Made by a program: the position numbers and the translations under genes. The notes under the pieces were generated by a model, which saw nothing but the letters and a program-made list of their open reading frames with translations, made no database searches and had not been told where the DNA came from. Positions 1-10,059 of a DNA stretch of 64,000 bases are shown here, piece by piece; positions within the stretch are counted from its first letter, which is position 1; each line of letters starts with the position of its first letter. Source of the stretch: a virus (lineage: Duplodnaviria; Caudoviricetes); the IMG/VR virus record IMGVR_UViG_3300037067_017690, positions 32,001 to 96,000 of that record. The stretch is one strand, 5' to 3'.

Positions 1-824
1 TTCGTCAAAAAATCGAGAATGCATATATTATTGAAAAATTTTTTAAACCAATTGCTAGAGTTCATAAATTTTATAAAAGATCAGCTGCAGAAATCAAACA
101 TAATGTACGAATTCAAAAAAATATAAATGATCAAGATCGCGATTTAATTTTGCCCACAATCAAATGGAATAAAGTTCTTGAAGGTACAAAAGATACTTCA
201 TTGTTAAGTATTTGGCGTGAATTACAAACAATGGGGGCGTTATCAGTTAGAACTTATGCGGCTGGTGCAGGAATAGATCTTGATGAAGAACGTAAAAATA
301 TTAAAGAAGATAACGAATGGCTGAAAAAGCATCAAGCTGAAATGACTCCTCCTCTCCCTCCTGGTGGTGGGGATCAAGGTTTTAATTTAGGGGGATCTTT
401 AAAAGATAAAAAAGCATTTAATAAAAAAGAAAATATTTTAAGAAATCTTAGTCAGATAAAAAGGCTCAAAAAAAGTGCTGGTGGAAATAGTGTTCCTTCC
501 GAAGTTTTTGATACAAAAATTTGGGACAAAAATGGAACTTATAATAACATAAATTTCCAAGATGTTGAAGAAATCGCAAGAATTGCTCTTGAAAAAAATC
601 TAGATTGGGATCAAGTTGAAAGCGAATTAATCAAAGAAGGATTATCAGATTCTAAGATTGCTACAACAAGAGATATTTTTGAACAAGAAGGTATAGTTGA
701 AAGAGAATATGCTAAAAATAAAAAATATGAACAAGCAAGTGTTAATAATCTTAATAAAGTCGTTGATAATCATGATAATGATGGTCCTAGTCGTTTAGGA
801 ACACTTTTTCTTTCTGGTAAGTAA
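1..824 (+). CDS. Portal protein, C-terminal part (gene begins upstream of window)
   Basis: Frame is open from position 3 (RQKIENAYIIEKFFKPIARVHKFYKRS...LILPTIKWNK...GALSVRTYAAGAGIDLDEE). It lies directly upstream of protease-scaffold-capsid genes; the call rests mainly on synteny. Confidence 0.55.
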   Translation, partial: RQKIENAYIIEKFFKPIARVHKFYKRSAAEIKHNVRIQKNINDQDRDLILPTIKWNKVLEGTKDTSLLSIWRELQTMGALSVRTYAAGAGIDLDEERKNIKEDNEWLKKHQAEMTPPLPPGGGDQGFNLGGSLKDKKAFNKKENILRNLSQIKRLKKSAGGNSVPSEVFDTKIWDKNGTYNNINFQDVEEIARIALEKNLDWDQVESELIKEGLSDSKIATTRDIFEQEGIVEREYAKNKKYEQASVNNLNKVVDNHDNDGPSRLGTLFLSGK

Positions 825-967
825 TTTCCTAAAATTCACTCTTTCATTTAAAATAAATTCTAGAATTCCTCTAAATACAGTTTTTAATTCTCAAAAGATA
901 GATTGTTTTAAAATTATTTGAAAAGATGATTTTAAATTTCCTTAATCATACAAAGAGGATTAAATTC

Positions 968-1129
968 ATGGGTTTTAAAAAGACGGGTCCAGTAGAAATT
1001 ACACACGTATTTACATTAGATGAAGAAAAAGATTCAACTAATTTAGGATTAAATGTTGAAGCCTTTGAAAAAGCTAAACAAGAAAAAAAGGAAGGGGAAC
1101 AAAATGTTCAAGAAAATCGGAACAATTGA
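968..1129 (+). CDS. Small hypothetical protein (MGFKKTGPVE...)
   Basis: GAGGA RBS upstream of ATG 968, within ORF 926..1129. Confidence 0.55.
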   Translation: MGFKKTGPVEITHVFTLDEEKDSTNLGLNVEAFEKAKQEKKEGEQNVQENRNN

Positions 1130-1973
1130 TATATCAAATGTTATAGAATATAATTTTCTTCGTGACGAATTTTCGAAACATGCTTCTATTAATCATAAAG
1201 CAAATATAAATCTGTTAGATTCTAATATTTTTAAAAAAGTTTCAAAACTTTATAATATTTCTTCTGATCCAAAGGATTATGTCTACGCAGTTGCACGCGG
1301 TGTGACCACATTGGTTAGAGGAGCAAGAGCTCAGGAAACTACAAATGCAAATGGTGATGCATTTCCAAGAGAAGAATTACTTCGTAAAAGAAGTGATGAT
1401 ATATTTGTGTACCAAACATTTAATTTAAAACCGCTTCACACAGAACATAAAGCTGATGATCCTAAAAAAGCAGCTGGTTTTTTATTAGATAGTCATTATA
1501 GCCAATTAAATCCAAATGATGAACATATTGATATCATCGTTTGTTGTGATAAGAAAAAAGACAAAGAAGGAGCTATGGGAATTTCTTCTGGTCGAGTAAA
1601 ATCTTTTAGTATGGGTTGCAATGTTGATTATACAGTGTGTTCTATTTGTGGAAAAAAAGCCGCAAAAAAAGCTGATTATTGCAATCATATTAGATTTATG
1701 AAATGCAGTTATGTAAATGGGAATTATTGTTTTGAGGAATGTTATGGAGTTGAATATTCTGAATTTTCTAAAGTGCGTCATCCCGCTGATAGAACTGCAC
1801 TCACAGAACAAATTTTATGTAAAGCTGCTTCTTCTAAGTCTGCCGTCACTCTCTTAGAGGATTTAGGTTTTAATAAAAAAGCAAAAATGGAAATTATGGG
1901 GTTCATACGGAATAATATGGATAATATGCCTGATTCAATGTTGCAATTGTGTGAGAAACTAATAGTCAACTAA
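1104..1973 (+). CDS. Prohead/capsid maturation protease
   Basis: NANGDAF..EL, H-x-x-H...DP.KA.G, SMGC.V and a CSICG...C.H Zn-knuckle; sits between portal and scaffold; AAGGGG RBS before MFKKIG. Confidence 0.7.
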   Translation: MFKKIGTIDISNVIEYNFLRDEFSKHASINHKANINLLDSNIFKKVSKLYNISSDPKDYVYAVARGVTTLVRGARAQETTNANGDAFPREELLRKRSDDIFVYQTFNLKPLHTEHKADDPKKAAGFLLDSHYSQLNPNDEHIDIIVCCDKKKDKEGAMGISSGRVKSFSMGCNVDYTVCSICGKKAAKKADYCNHIRFMKCSYVNGNYCFEECYGVEYSEFSKVRHPADRTALTEQILCKAASSKSAVTLLEDLGFNKKAKMEIMGFIRNNMDNMPDSMLQLCEKLIVN

Positions 1974-1987
1974 AAGGAGGATTATTA

Positions 1988-3037
1988 ATGATTAAGAAAG
2001 CTCAAGGAGAGAAGGGAAATGATCCTCGCAAAGATTTACCAGAAGGTACTGGCGTTGGCGGATCTTATTTGAATACAGCTATTCAAGATAAGAATCCTGC
2101 TGATTTTCATAAAGACGCACCGCCTCCTGTGTTATCAGATGCGAAGGATATCGCTGATGCTAAAGATAAAGCAATTAGCGAACTTCAACCCTCTATGAGA
2201 AATCCTTCGACAGATCCTAATGAAAGGGTTCCAGAACCTGAGGATATGTCTAAATTGAGCATAGAAGAAAAAGGTTTAGCTGATGAACTTCGTGCAAGAA
2301 GAAAAGCTAGATTGAATTTTGTTGCTCAAGAAGAAAAAAAGGATGAGGAAGAGGAAAAGAAGGAAGAGGAAAAGAAATCTAAGAAATCTCAGACTGAAGA
2401 AAAAAAGGATGAGGAAGAAAAGAAATCTAAGAAATCTCAGACTGAAGAAAAAAAGGATGAAGAAGAGGAAAAGAAGGAAGAAGAGGAAAAGAAATCCAAG
2501 AAAGCTCAGACTGAAGAAAAAAAGGATGAGGAAGAGGAAAAGAAGGAAGAGGAAAAGGAGAGTAAAAAAAGCAGTTTAGTTCGTGAAGCAAATGAAAATT
2601 TTATTCGCAAACATAAAAAATGCATGAGACTCGCTAGTGTCGAACTCAACAAAAATCTTGTTGAAAATCCAATTAAGGCAGAATTATTCGACAAATTTGC
2701 TACACTTCTGGGATATAATGACGAAAATGAAATTGATGGTCATACTGCTTCTCTTGTTCAAAATGCAATTGAGATAGCATTTGAAAATGCTGGTGAAAAA
2801 TGGTTCAACAAATTAATGGAAAGAACCGCAAGTTACATAGGTTTTAATGATGAATCTTTAGTTCAAGTTGAAGCTACATATGCTGGATTAAAAACTGCAA
2901 AAGTTGTTTCTGCTGAAGGTGTTGATGTAAAAGAAGCTGCAAGACTTACTGAAGGTAATGTTCCAGTTCTTACAAAAACATCAAGCATTAAAGGTTACAA
3001 AAATGTTCTTGATGGTGCATTTACTATTAAGAAATAA
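1988..3037 (+). CDS. Capsid scaffolding protein
   Basis: Highly charged K/E repeats; position between protease and capsid genes; AGGAGG RBS. Confidence 0.6.
   Translation: MIKKAQGEKGNDPRKDLPEGTGVGGSYLNTAIQDKNPADFHKDAPPPVLSDAKDIADAKDKAISELQPSMRNPSTDPNERVPEPEDMSKLSIEEKGLADELRARRKARLNFVAQEEKKDEEEEKKEEEKKSKKSQTEEKKDEEEKKSKKSQTEEKKDEEEEKKEEEEKKSKKAQTEEKKDEEEEKKEEEKESKKSSLVREANENFIRKHKKCMRLASVELNKNLVENPIKAELFDKFATLLGYNDENEIDGHTASLVQNAIEIAFENAGEKWFNKLMERTASYIGFNDESLVQVEATYAGLKTAKVVSAEGVDVKEAARLTEGNVPVLTKTSSIKGYKNVLDGAFTIKK
2328..2575 (+). repeat. Tandem K/E-rich repeats (KK[S/A]QTEEKKDEEE...) within scaffold
   Basis: About 4 imperfect copies of ctcagactgaagaaaaaaaggatga. Confidence 0.9.
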
Positions 3038-3067
3038 CATTAAATAAGTTTAAGGAGGATTTTCGAA

Positions 3068-3751
3068 ATGATAGACAAAAATGCAGTAAAAGTTGTTGGT
3101 AGAAAGGTTTCAGAACCTGTTCTTCCATCTGCCCAGTTTGAAGCTGGCACAGTTCTTGCTGTTATTGATAATGGCGGAAAAAGAGCAACTCGTCCAGTTT
3201 ATTCTACTGATGCGGCTGGCGTTGTTCTTGGTTGTGCTTGGAATGATAAAGCACTTATTCGTAAAAAAGCTCTTATTGATGAAGCAGTAGTTTTAATTAG
3301 TAGCGATGTTACTAATTTGAAAAAATCATTAGTTCAGGATGTTAAAGTTACTAATGTAGCAAAAACATCTACATTTACACTTTCTGATTACAGTGTGAAT
3401 GCAACTAATGGTACAATTCAAAGAGTTCCAGCAGGAGATATTGCTGATGGTTCCACAGTTCTTGTGAGTTATGTTTATCAGCTTTCAGAAGTGGAATTAA
3501 TTACTGAAGGTACAAACGTTCATGGTAATTTGGATGATACCGCAGCTACTGGAGAAATTACAGTGCTCCGTGATTACACGATTGTTCCGACAAATGTTTT
3601 TGACACTAAGGAAGCATATGCAATAGGCGATGCACTAAAAGTGAAAACTGGTGGAATATTTAATAAAACCACTGGTCCACTTTTTGGTAAGGTTTATGCT
3701 GCTCCTACTGCTGCATATCCGTTTTTAACAGTTGAATATCCAGCTAACTAA
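3068..3751 (+). CDS. Capsid decoration/cement protein
   Basis: Beta-rich, V/G/A/T-rich 227 aa immediately upstream of MCP; strong RBS. Confidence 0.55.
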   Translation: MIDKNAVKVVGRKVSEPVLPSAQFEAGTVLAVIDNGGKRATRPVYSTDAAGVVLGCAWNDKALIRKKALIDEAVVLISSDVTNLKKSLVQDVKVTNVAKTSTFTLSDYSVNATNGTIQRVPAGDIADGSTVLVSYVYQLSEVELITEGTNVHGNLDDTAATGEITVLRDYTIVPTNVFDTKEAYAIGDALKVKTGGIFNKTTGPLFGKVYAAPTAAYPFLTVEYPAN

Positions 3752-3791
3752 TTGAAATTATTTTAACAGAGAAAAAAGGAGAATAGGAAAG

Positions 3792-4931
3792 ATGAATAAT
3801 CCTTATAGAAAATCTCCAGTTATTACGGAGCAAATAAAGACAGCAGGTGGTGCTAGTTCGCTTATTAGTGAATTCAATATGCCAGCTGGTAAAACTCTGA
3901 AAACTGGAACGGTAGATTACTCGAAGGAATCAGTTTTCAATAAAACTGGTGAACTTAACGCATCTAATAAAAGAGATGCACTTTCACAGATTCAGCACAT
4001 TCTGACACATAAAGATGCTTGGATGGCTGCTGAACTTGGAAAGAAAATTGCTGCTGATTCAAGCATGTTCAATAATGCTGAAGTTGGTCAGGCAATTCGG
4101 GAAGCGTTCAATGATCCGACTGGTGAAGGTCATGCCATTATCGGTCAGCAATTATTGAATCCGATTAAAGAAATAATCGACTATGAAGGTTGGGTCCGTA
4201 AGGTTCTCAAAGTTCGTACTGTCGGTGATGGTGAAATCGTACGTTACGATAAAGATATTCATGTTGTTGCATGGGTTGTTGCAGAAGATGCAGAAACTCC
4301 AGAATCAAGAGTTACTGGCAAATACATCTATCCACCTGAATTTGAAGTTACAGCTCGTCCTACAGTGTTGTTAAAGGATATATTCCAGAAACAATACGAC
4401 GTTCTTGCAAGAGCTCAGGACAAAGCTCGTCAAGGTATTGAATACAAGGAAGATAGTGCTGGTATTGCTCTTTTGAGAAAAGCTGCTGTCACAGTTAATG
4501 ATGTGACTTATTTTGCTAATCTCAACCTCAATTCACTTGAAGATATCAAATATCAGGTTGAAAAAAACCGTTTGGTAGTTGATAAATTCTTAATCAACAG
4601 ACGTGAAATGGGAGACATTATTAAATATATGTCAGCTCAGGTTGATCCAGTTACTCAGAGAGAAATGATTCTTGCTGGTTATGTTGCAACAGTTCTCAAT
4701 GCTGCTATTATTACATCAGCTGGTACAGGCGTGTATGAAGTAGTTGCTCCTGGTGAAGTGTTTGCATGTACTGCTCCTGATTACATGGGTGGTATGCCAA
4801 TCAGACAGGATCTGATGAGTGAACCATTTAGCCAGAGCCTTGAAGGCAAACCTGCTCGTGGTTGGATGTATTATGAATTAATTTCTCAGGTGATCGTTAA
4901 TCCGAAGGCTGTATCCGTTGGTCGCAAATAA
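3792..4931 (+). CDS. Major capsid protein
   Basis: 379 aa with high-expression codon usage; IIDYEGWVRKVL...YPPEFEV...ARAQDKARQGI resembles large-phage HK97-fold MCPs; followed by a terminator. Confidence 0.8.
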   Translation: MNNPYRKSPVITEQIKTAGGASSLISEFNMPAGKTLKTGTVDYSKESVFNKTGELNASNKRDALSQIQHILTHKDAWMAAELGKKIAADSSMFNNAEVGQAIREAFNDPTGEGHAIIGQQLLNPIKEIIDYEGWVRKVLKVRTVGDGEIVRYDKDIHVVAWVVAEDAETPESRVTGKYIYPPEFEVTARPTVLLKDIFQKQYDVLARAQDKARQGIEYKEDSAGIALLRKAAVTVNDVTYFANLNLNSLEDIKYQVEKNRLVVDKFLINRREMGDIIKYMSAQVDPVTQREMILAGYVATVLNAAIITSAGTGVYEVVAPGEVFACTAPDYMGGMPIRQDLMSEPFSQSLEGKPARGWMYYELISQVIVNPKAVSVGRK

Positions 4932-4938
4932 ATAATTT

Positions 4939-4962
4939 GGGGGAGTTTTTTCTCCCCCTTTT
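4939..4962 (+). terminator. Rho-independent terminator
   Basis: gggggag-tttttt-ctccccc followed by tttt after MCP. Confidence 0.85.
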
Positions 4963-5010
4963 ATTGCTTCCAAAAAGGTATAAAACTCAGTTAGGGAGGA
5001 TTAATTATAA

Positions 5011-5550
5011 ATGAATAATAGATCATCAGAAATTAAAAAGGTAGCAGCTGTTCGTGTTGCCAGCGATATGTTGACAGCATTGGACAAAACTGCAGAAGAT
5101 TTTGAAAAGCAGGGTAATCGTACTGCTGCTTATCAAGTCGATCTTGCTCGTCATTTCCTCAAGAAAGCTATTGAAGAAGGCGAATTAGACGGCATCGAAG
5201 TTCCAGAAGATCTTCTCAGTAACGACCTTTTCGAAAACGTAATTGATGATGATCCGTATAGTCCTTTTCAGGTGGAAGATAATCTTGATGATGAAATCAT
5301 TTTGAAATCTAATCCAGATGCTGAACCTGTATTGGATGACGATCTTAATAGCTTAGATCTTGACGATCTAGATGATCTAGGTGTTTCGGGAAATACAAAG
5401 CCAGACTTTGAACCGGAATGTTCTGGTCGTTGTGGCGGATTAAAGAAATTCGATTACGAGAAGTGTGCTTATTTAGAAAATGATGAAAGTTCCAAAAGAG
5501 CTAGTCGTCTTTCAAAAATGGCAGAAAGTTATAGAAGATCTCGTAGGTAA
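5011..5550 (+). CDS. Acidic hypothetical virion-associated protein
   Basis: ORF with GGGAGG RBS; contains KKVAA, KTAE and KKAI motifs. Confidence 0.6.
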   Translation: MNNRSSEIKKVAAVRVASDMLTALDKTAEDFEKQGNRTAAYQVDLARHFLKKAIEEGELDGIEVPEDLLSNDLFENVIDDDPYSPFQVEDNLDDEIILKSNPDAEPVLDDDLNSLDLDDLDDLGVSGNTKPDFEPECSGRCGGLKKFDYEKCAYLENDESSKRASRLSKMAESYRRSRR

Positions 5551-5557
5551 TATAATT

Positions 5558-5591
5558 TATGGGGGTAGAATTTTTACCCCCATATTTTTTT
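5558..5591 (+). terminator. Rho-independent terminator
   Basis: tatgggggtaga...tttacccccata followed by a T-tract. Confidence 0.85.
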
Positions 5592-5629
5592 ATAGTTAGT
5601 AAAAATTAAAGTTAGAAGGAGAATTTAAA

Positions 5630-6271
5630 ATGTCAGCACTTAAAATCAAAAGTCTTCACGAACATTTTTCTGGTCTAGAAAAAGAAATTTGGGTTCAAAA
5701 TGTTTCCAATCCTCAAGGTAATATCGTAGTTACAATTGATATTGAAACAGGAGAATCTGTTACAATTCCTAAGGGTCCAGATCCATTACCGCTTACAGAA
5801 AGATTTACATTTGATAAATTAAAAAAATCGAATGAATTACGTCAATTGGTTATGGATAAAAAATATTTGAGAATTCTTACCTCAGAAGAAGCTGATGAAT
5901 ATTATTCCAAAAAAGGTAAAAATCGCTATGATAATGTAACAAAAAGACAATCACAATTAGAACAAAAAGTCATGAATGATGCTCTTGATACAATTCAACA
6001 AGTTGAACAAGGAAAGGCAACAGTTGGAAATGTTCTTGGAGAAACTGTTAAAAAAGCTGAGGAATTAATTCCACCAAAAATTTACGATCTTGAAAATCAG
6101 TTTAGGAATAAAGTTCTAACTGAAGATGATTATATTGAACAATTAAGATTGATCATTACAGATATAAACGAAGAATCGTTGGCTTACTTACAAAGTAAAA
6201 CAAAAAACGCTAAGAAGGTCAAAGATTTCTTAAAAGAAGTTCAGAAAGAAATAGTTTCAACAGATGAATGA
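5630..6271 (+). CDS. Hypothetical protein (head module)
   Basis: 213-aa ORF with AGGAG RBS. Confidence 0.6.
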   Translation: MSALKIKSLHEHFSGLEKEIWVQNVSNPQGNIVVTIDIETGESVTIPKGPDPLPLTERFTFDKLKKSNELRQLVMDKKYLRILTSEEADEYYSKKGKNRYDNVTKRQSQLEQKVMNDALDTIQQVEQGKATVGNVLGETVKKAEELIPPKIYDLENQFRNKVLTEDDYIEQLRLIITDINEESLAYLQSKTKNAKKVKDFLKEVQKEIVSTDE

Positions 6272-6575
6272 TACAAAAGAAAAAGTTGTAACAATTAAAG
6301 AAGGACAGGTAGTTGATGATGGAAAATATTTTTCCACATCGGAACTAAATGTTGCAGGATATCTCCATTTCAAAGGAAAACGAGTAGTTTCTGCTGATCG
6401 CCTCGAAAGTGGTAAATATGAAATTACTTTTAGTAATCCTGAACTCGAAAATGGAAAATCTTGCGAAGAACTCGAAATTGAATTTCTTAATTCAGAATAT
6501 ATCAAATTTGATAATTCAATGAAAACAATTAAGAAAATTATCTACTCTAAAAATAATAGCGGTAGAAGAAAATAA
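6264..6575 (+). CDS. DUF5659-like small phage protein
   Basis: FSTSELNVAGYL...G motif; overlaps the upstream stop. Confidence 0.5.
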   Translation: MNDTKEKVVTIKEGQVVDDGKYFSTSELNVAGYLHFKGKRVVSADRLESGKYEITFSNPELENGKSCEELEIEFLNSEYIKFDNSMKTIKKIIYSKNNSGRRK

Positions 6576-6601
6576 TTTGCGAGTTTCTGTTTTATAAAAT
6601 T

Positions 6602-6639
6602 AAAGGCGATTGAGCATCATTTGCTTAATCGCCTTTTTT
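6602..6639 (+). terminator. Rho-independent terminator
   Basis: aaaggcgattgagca-tcatt-tgcttaatcgccttt plus T-tract. Confidence 0.85.
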
Positions 6640-6662
6640 GTTCCCCGTTTAAAATTATTTTT

Positions 6663-7076
6663 ATGAAAATAGCATATTCTCTCACAGCACAAAAACCTAA
6701 TTGGCTCAATATAATTTTCTGGTTAACAGATTATATAAATGATGAATGGATTATTGTTCAACAACCTACATATTTAGGATCAATTGAATTAAATGGTAGT
6801 AGTCTTATTACAAATATAGAATCTTCAGTTAATGGATTTTATCCATTTAAAATAAAAGTCCACGCTTCTAAATTTGATGCTTTGGCTACAGGTGGTATAG
6901 GTAAAATTAAAATGATCATTGGGTCATTGAGTACCGAATTAGAAAATCCTCCAATGCATGTGTTGAAACAAACGGATAAACCAATCGATGAAAGTTCAGT
7001 AATAGAAATTAGTAAACAAAAAGGACTATGGGATTTATACCCATGGAACCAAGAAAATGATGATTTTACTAATTAA
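6663..7076 (+). CDS. Hypothetical protein (MKIAYS...)
   Basis: ORF; TAAAAT 7 nt upstream of ATG 6663 and no SD. Confidence 0.55.
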   Translation: MKIAYSLTAQKPNWLNIIFWLTDYINDEWIIVQQPTYLGSIELNGSSLITNIESSVNGFYPFKIKVHASKFDALATGGIGKIKMIIGSLSTELENPPMHVLKQTDKPIDESSVIEISKQKGLWDLYPWNQENDDFTN

Positions 7077-8283
7077 AGCAAATCTTTTTCTGCGTCAAAG
7101 GGATCATATCAGAGTCAAAAATTTTTCTAACTCCTGCTCCTTTGTGTTTAATAATTTTAGAAGCATTATAATCTGCTTCTAATTCTATTCCACATTTCAG
7201 ACACTTGAAGAGTGACTGACTCACTCGATTGTCCTCATGTCTGAATCCACATTCTGAACATTCCCGACTCGTAAAAGCAGGATTGACTATAGTAAAAAGA
7301 ATACCATTCTCTTCACAAAATCTGTTCAATTTCTTGTGGGTAAAATTATATACCCACCTAACATATTTATTATCACACTTCTTACGCTTCTTCAAATCTC
7401 GGAGATCTTCTACTTTAATTTCTTTAATATTTTTCAAACTGAGATTATTCACTAAATGATTAATATATTCATTTCTATAAATCAATGATTGCCTAAAATT
7501 TTTAGATCCGGAATAATTTTCTGTTGGTTGCTTCTTGCGAGAAATTTTATCATAAATTTTATGGAGATCTTTAGTTCCAATATATTCTTGTCTTGAAGTA
7601 ACTAGAAGATTTATAAATCCCATATCGATTCCTAAAATATCTCCTGAAGATTTCAAAGGAACTTCTTTTTCGTGAATAAACTTTAACCAATATCTATCTT
7701 GAAGATCTTTGCGAAGAAATATAGTTTTCTTGTGAGTCCAATCTTTATACTTATTAGAATGTTTATGGTGTTTTATAGGAAGATTAAAAGTATGAGCATA
7801 TTTTTTATTCCTCATATAGGGAGATCTAATCAGAATAAATTCATCAAAATGAATGGAATCCTTAGAATCCCACATTGTCTGATCTAATTCTATTTGAATT
7901 GTTTTGAAATCTGGAATCTTTAATTTTTCAATAATACCAATTTCTTCGAATCTCTTCTTAAGAAATACTAATTGTCTATTTTTCTTAAGAAAATATTTCA
8001 TACATTTTTTATATTTATGTAATTTATATTTCCAGAAATTTCGTCTAAGATGTTCTATTTCTAAAGATGCATGTTGATAGCATTGTTTTCTCCATTGAGA
8101 ATGTTGAAGTTTATTGATTGGCAACAATTTAGTGGACAACATCTTCTTATGAGGAAGTTCTCTAGAAATAATCTTTTCCATGTAAAATTTAAGATCCGTC
8201 TCATAATCCTTAAATAATTGATCAAGAATCAGAGTCTTCTTAGAAGTCTGAAATTTTAAAAGATGTTTAGATGTTCGAATCAT
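7069..8283 (-). CDS. tnpB: Stand-alone TnpB/Cas12f-like RNA-guided endonuclease
   Basis: RuvC-I LGIDMG, RuvC-II VEDL, TSRECSECG...FKCLKCG Zn finger, RuvC-III ADYNASKII; likely start MIRTSKH at 8283; no adjacent tnpA. Confidence 0.9.
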   Translation of the reverse strand: MIRTSKHLLKFQTSKKTLILDQLFKDYETDLKFYMEKIISRELPHKKMLSTKLLPINKLQHSQWRKQCYQHASLEIEHLRRNFWKYKLHKYKKCMKYFLKKNRQLVFLKKRFEEIGIIEKLKIPDFKTIQIELDQTMWDSKDSIHFDEFILIRSPYMRNKKYAHTFNLPIKHHKHSNKYKDWTHKKTIFLRKDLQDRYWLKFIHEKEVPLKSSGDILGIDMGFINLLVTSRQEYIGTKDLHKIYDKISRKKQPTENYSGSKNFRQSLIYRNEYINHLVNNLSLKNIKEIKVEDLRDLKKRKKCDNKYVRWVYNFTHKKLNRFCEENGILFTIVNPAFTSRECSECGFRHEDNRVSQSLFKCLKCGIELEADYNASKIIKHKGAGVRKIFDSDMIPLTQKKICFN

Positions 8284-8339
8284 TTTTATACTATACCTGA
8301 ATAAATTTAAAAAGTTATAATTTTTCAAAGGACAATTTT

Positions 8340-8741
8340 ATGAAAAAAGCAATTTTTTATAATGGTGACAAAAAATTAAATATTCTGGTTCCAGAATCAA
8401 TTGATGAGAAATATCGGGGCATGAAGGTTTTTAAATCAGAAAAAGATTGCGAATATGATGGAATGATGTTCGAATTCGGTTCAGATATTGATTATATGAC
8501 TATGAATGGGATGAAGTTCCCATTGACCATGGTTTTTCTTGAAAAGGATATGTCATTTATTAACCAAATTGATGCAGAAATCGATGATGATAATATACCA
8601 ATACCAGAGCGTGCTAAGAGCTGTTTAGAATTGATAAAAGACTTATCCTTTTATAAGGATAAAAATAATCGTGTAGAGATCACAAACGATCAAGAAACAC
8701 GGTTTAAAAAACTCTCCAAATTAATAAGAGAATTATTTTAA
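8340..8741 (+). CDS. DUF192-like protein
   Basis: E.KYRGM...DGMMFEF...M.GMKFPL.MVFL pattern. Confidence 0.6.
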   Translation: MKKAIFYNGDKKLNILVPESIDEKYRGMKVFKSEKDCEYDGMMFEFGSDIDYMTMNGMKFPLTMVFLEKDMSFINQIDAEIDDDNIPIPERAKSCLELIKDLSFYKDKNNRVEITNDQETRFKKLSKLIRELF

Positions 8742-8900
8742 TTCAAATACTAAATTTCCACAATCCCATATTCTATCGAAACCATTGATTTGCATATTCT
8801 CCCATTCAGTAAGTTTAGGATCAAAGATAGTAAGAATTTTAGATAGTTTGTGTTTTTGATACTTTATGCGGGATTGTAAAATATCATATTTAGTATAAAA

Positions 8901-9158
8901 ATGATTTGAAAAATTTATAAAAAGATATAAAAATTTCTCGTATACAAATAATAATTCATATACATTTTTTGAAAATTAAATTTTCAAAATGGGTAAACCA
9001 TCTACCCTTGCTTGTTTAGCAATTTTAAATTGCTTATATTTCTCTATTCTAATTTAGCTATGCTAAATTTTATAAATCTACTCAAAGTTGATTTATAAAA
9101 AATATTATAAATCATATAAAATTTTATAATAAAATTAAATATTAATCTTTATAATTTG
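8901..9158 (-). mobile_element. 250-bp non-autonomous IS607-related mini-element (MITE-like) carrying omegaRNA-like hairpins
   Basis: Flanked by CAAATTAT (9158..9151) and CAAATCAT (8908..8901). 8900-9045 matches the tnpB-end region of the IS607 at 27517-27680; 9121-9157 resembles the other IS607 end at 29438-29474. Confidence 0.8.
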
Positions 9159-10059
9159 GTCCAGAAATATCTACTAATTCAAATCCATTCTTTAAATACA
9201 CATTTCCATTACTGAATCTTCTATCTGCATAAGTAATTAAAGATTTTGGAGAATAAATCTTAATAAAGTATGATAGCAACTTACTAAATCCACCCATCAC
9301 ATTAGTATTCAATTTATTACAATACCTCAATAATTCATATTCATACTTCTTGTTATATCTTGGTTTACCAAATGTTGCCAATGCAACTAATTTTTCATTA
9401 AAAAATAATCCTAAATTGATAGATGATTTGACTTCATCTTGAATATGATTGTGATATAAAAATTCAGAACAATCTTTATATTTGAGTTGTTTTATTTCAC
9501 ATTTTCTAGCATGGATTTTTTCTTTGATTAATCCTAATTTAGTTAATATTATGGATTTTACAATTTCTTGTTTTTGAATCCATTCTGATTCAAATATGTG
9601 AATTATTTGAATTCCTTTATTTAAGAAATATTCTGATTTATTGAGATGATATGTGGGAATTTTTCCTCCTCCGATTTCGGAATGCCAATAAAGCCCATTG
9701 AATTCTATCCCTATATTTTTTGAAGGAATATAGATGTCTAATTCATATTTGTATTTCTTTTCATAATATCTTTTGTTGCATTCAATTGAAATGTGCTCTT
9801 GGAGCCAATTTTGAAGTTCTGATTCTATGTTTGAAAAGCCAGAAAATATTGGATAACATTTAAGACATCTAGGTATAATTCCATTCAAAATTGATTGATT
9901 AAAAATATTATTGCACTTTATGCATTGCCAAGGATAATTTTCATGACCATTAGTATAATCTTCTAATGAAAATAATGGCCTGATTGTTTTAAAATTCAAA
10001 ATTTTATTATAGAATTTTTTATTCTTAGTTTTTAATATTTTTGTTTTAATTGGATTAGA

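Noticed and set aside
2319-2579. Arg/Lys-rich protamine-like ORF
   Set aside because: Alternative-frame shadow of the scaffold's GAA/AAG repeats.
8901-9158. Self-splicing group I intron / IStron
   Set aside because: No recognisable P7 core and no terminal G at any possible 3' boundary; similarity points to IS607 ends and the tnpB 3' region instead.
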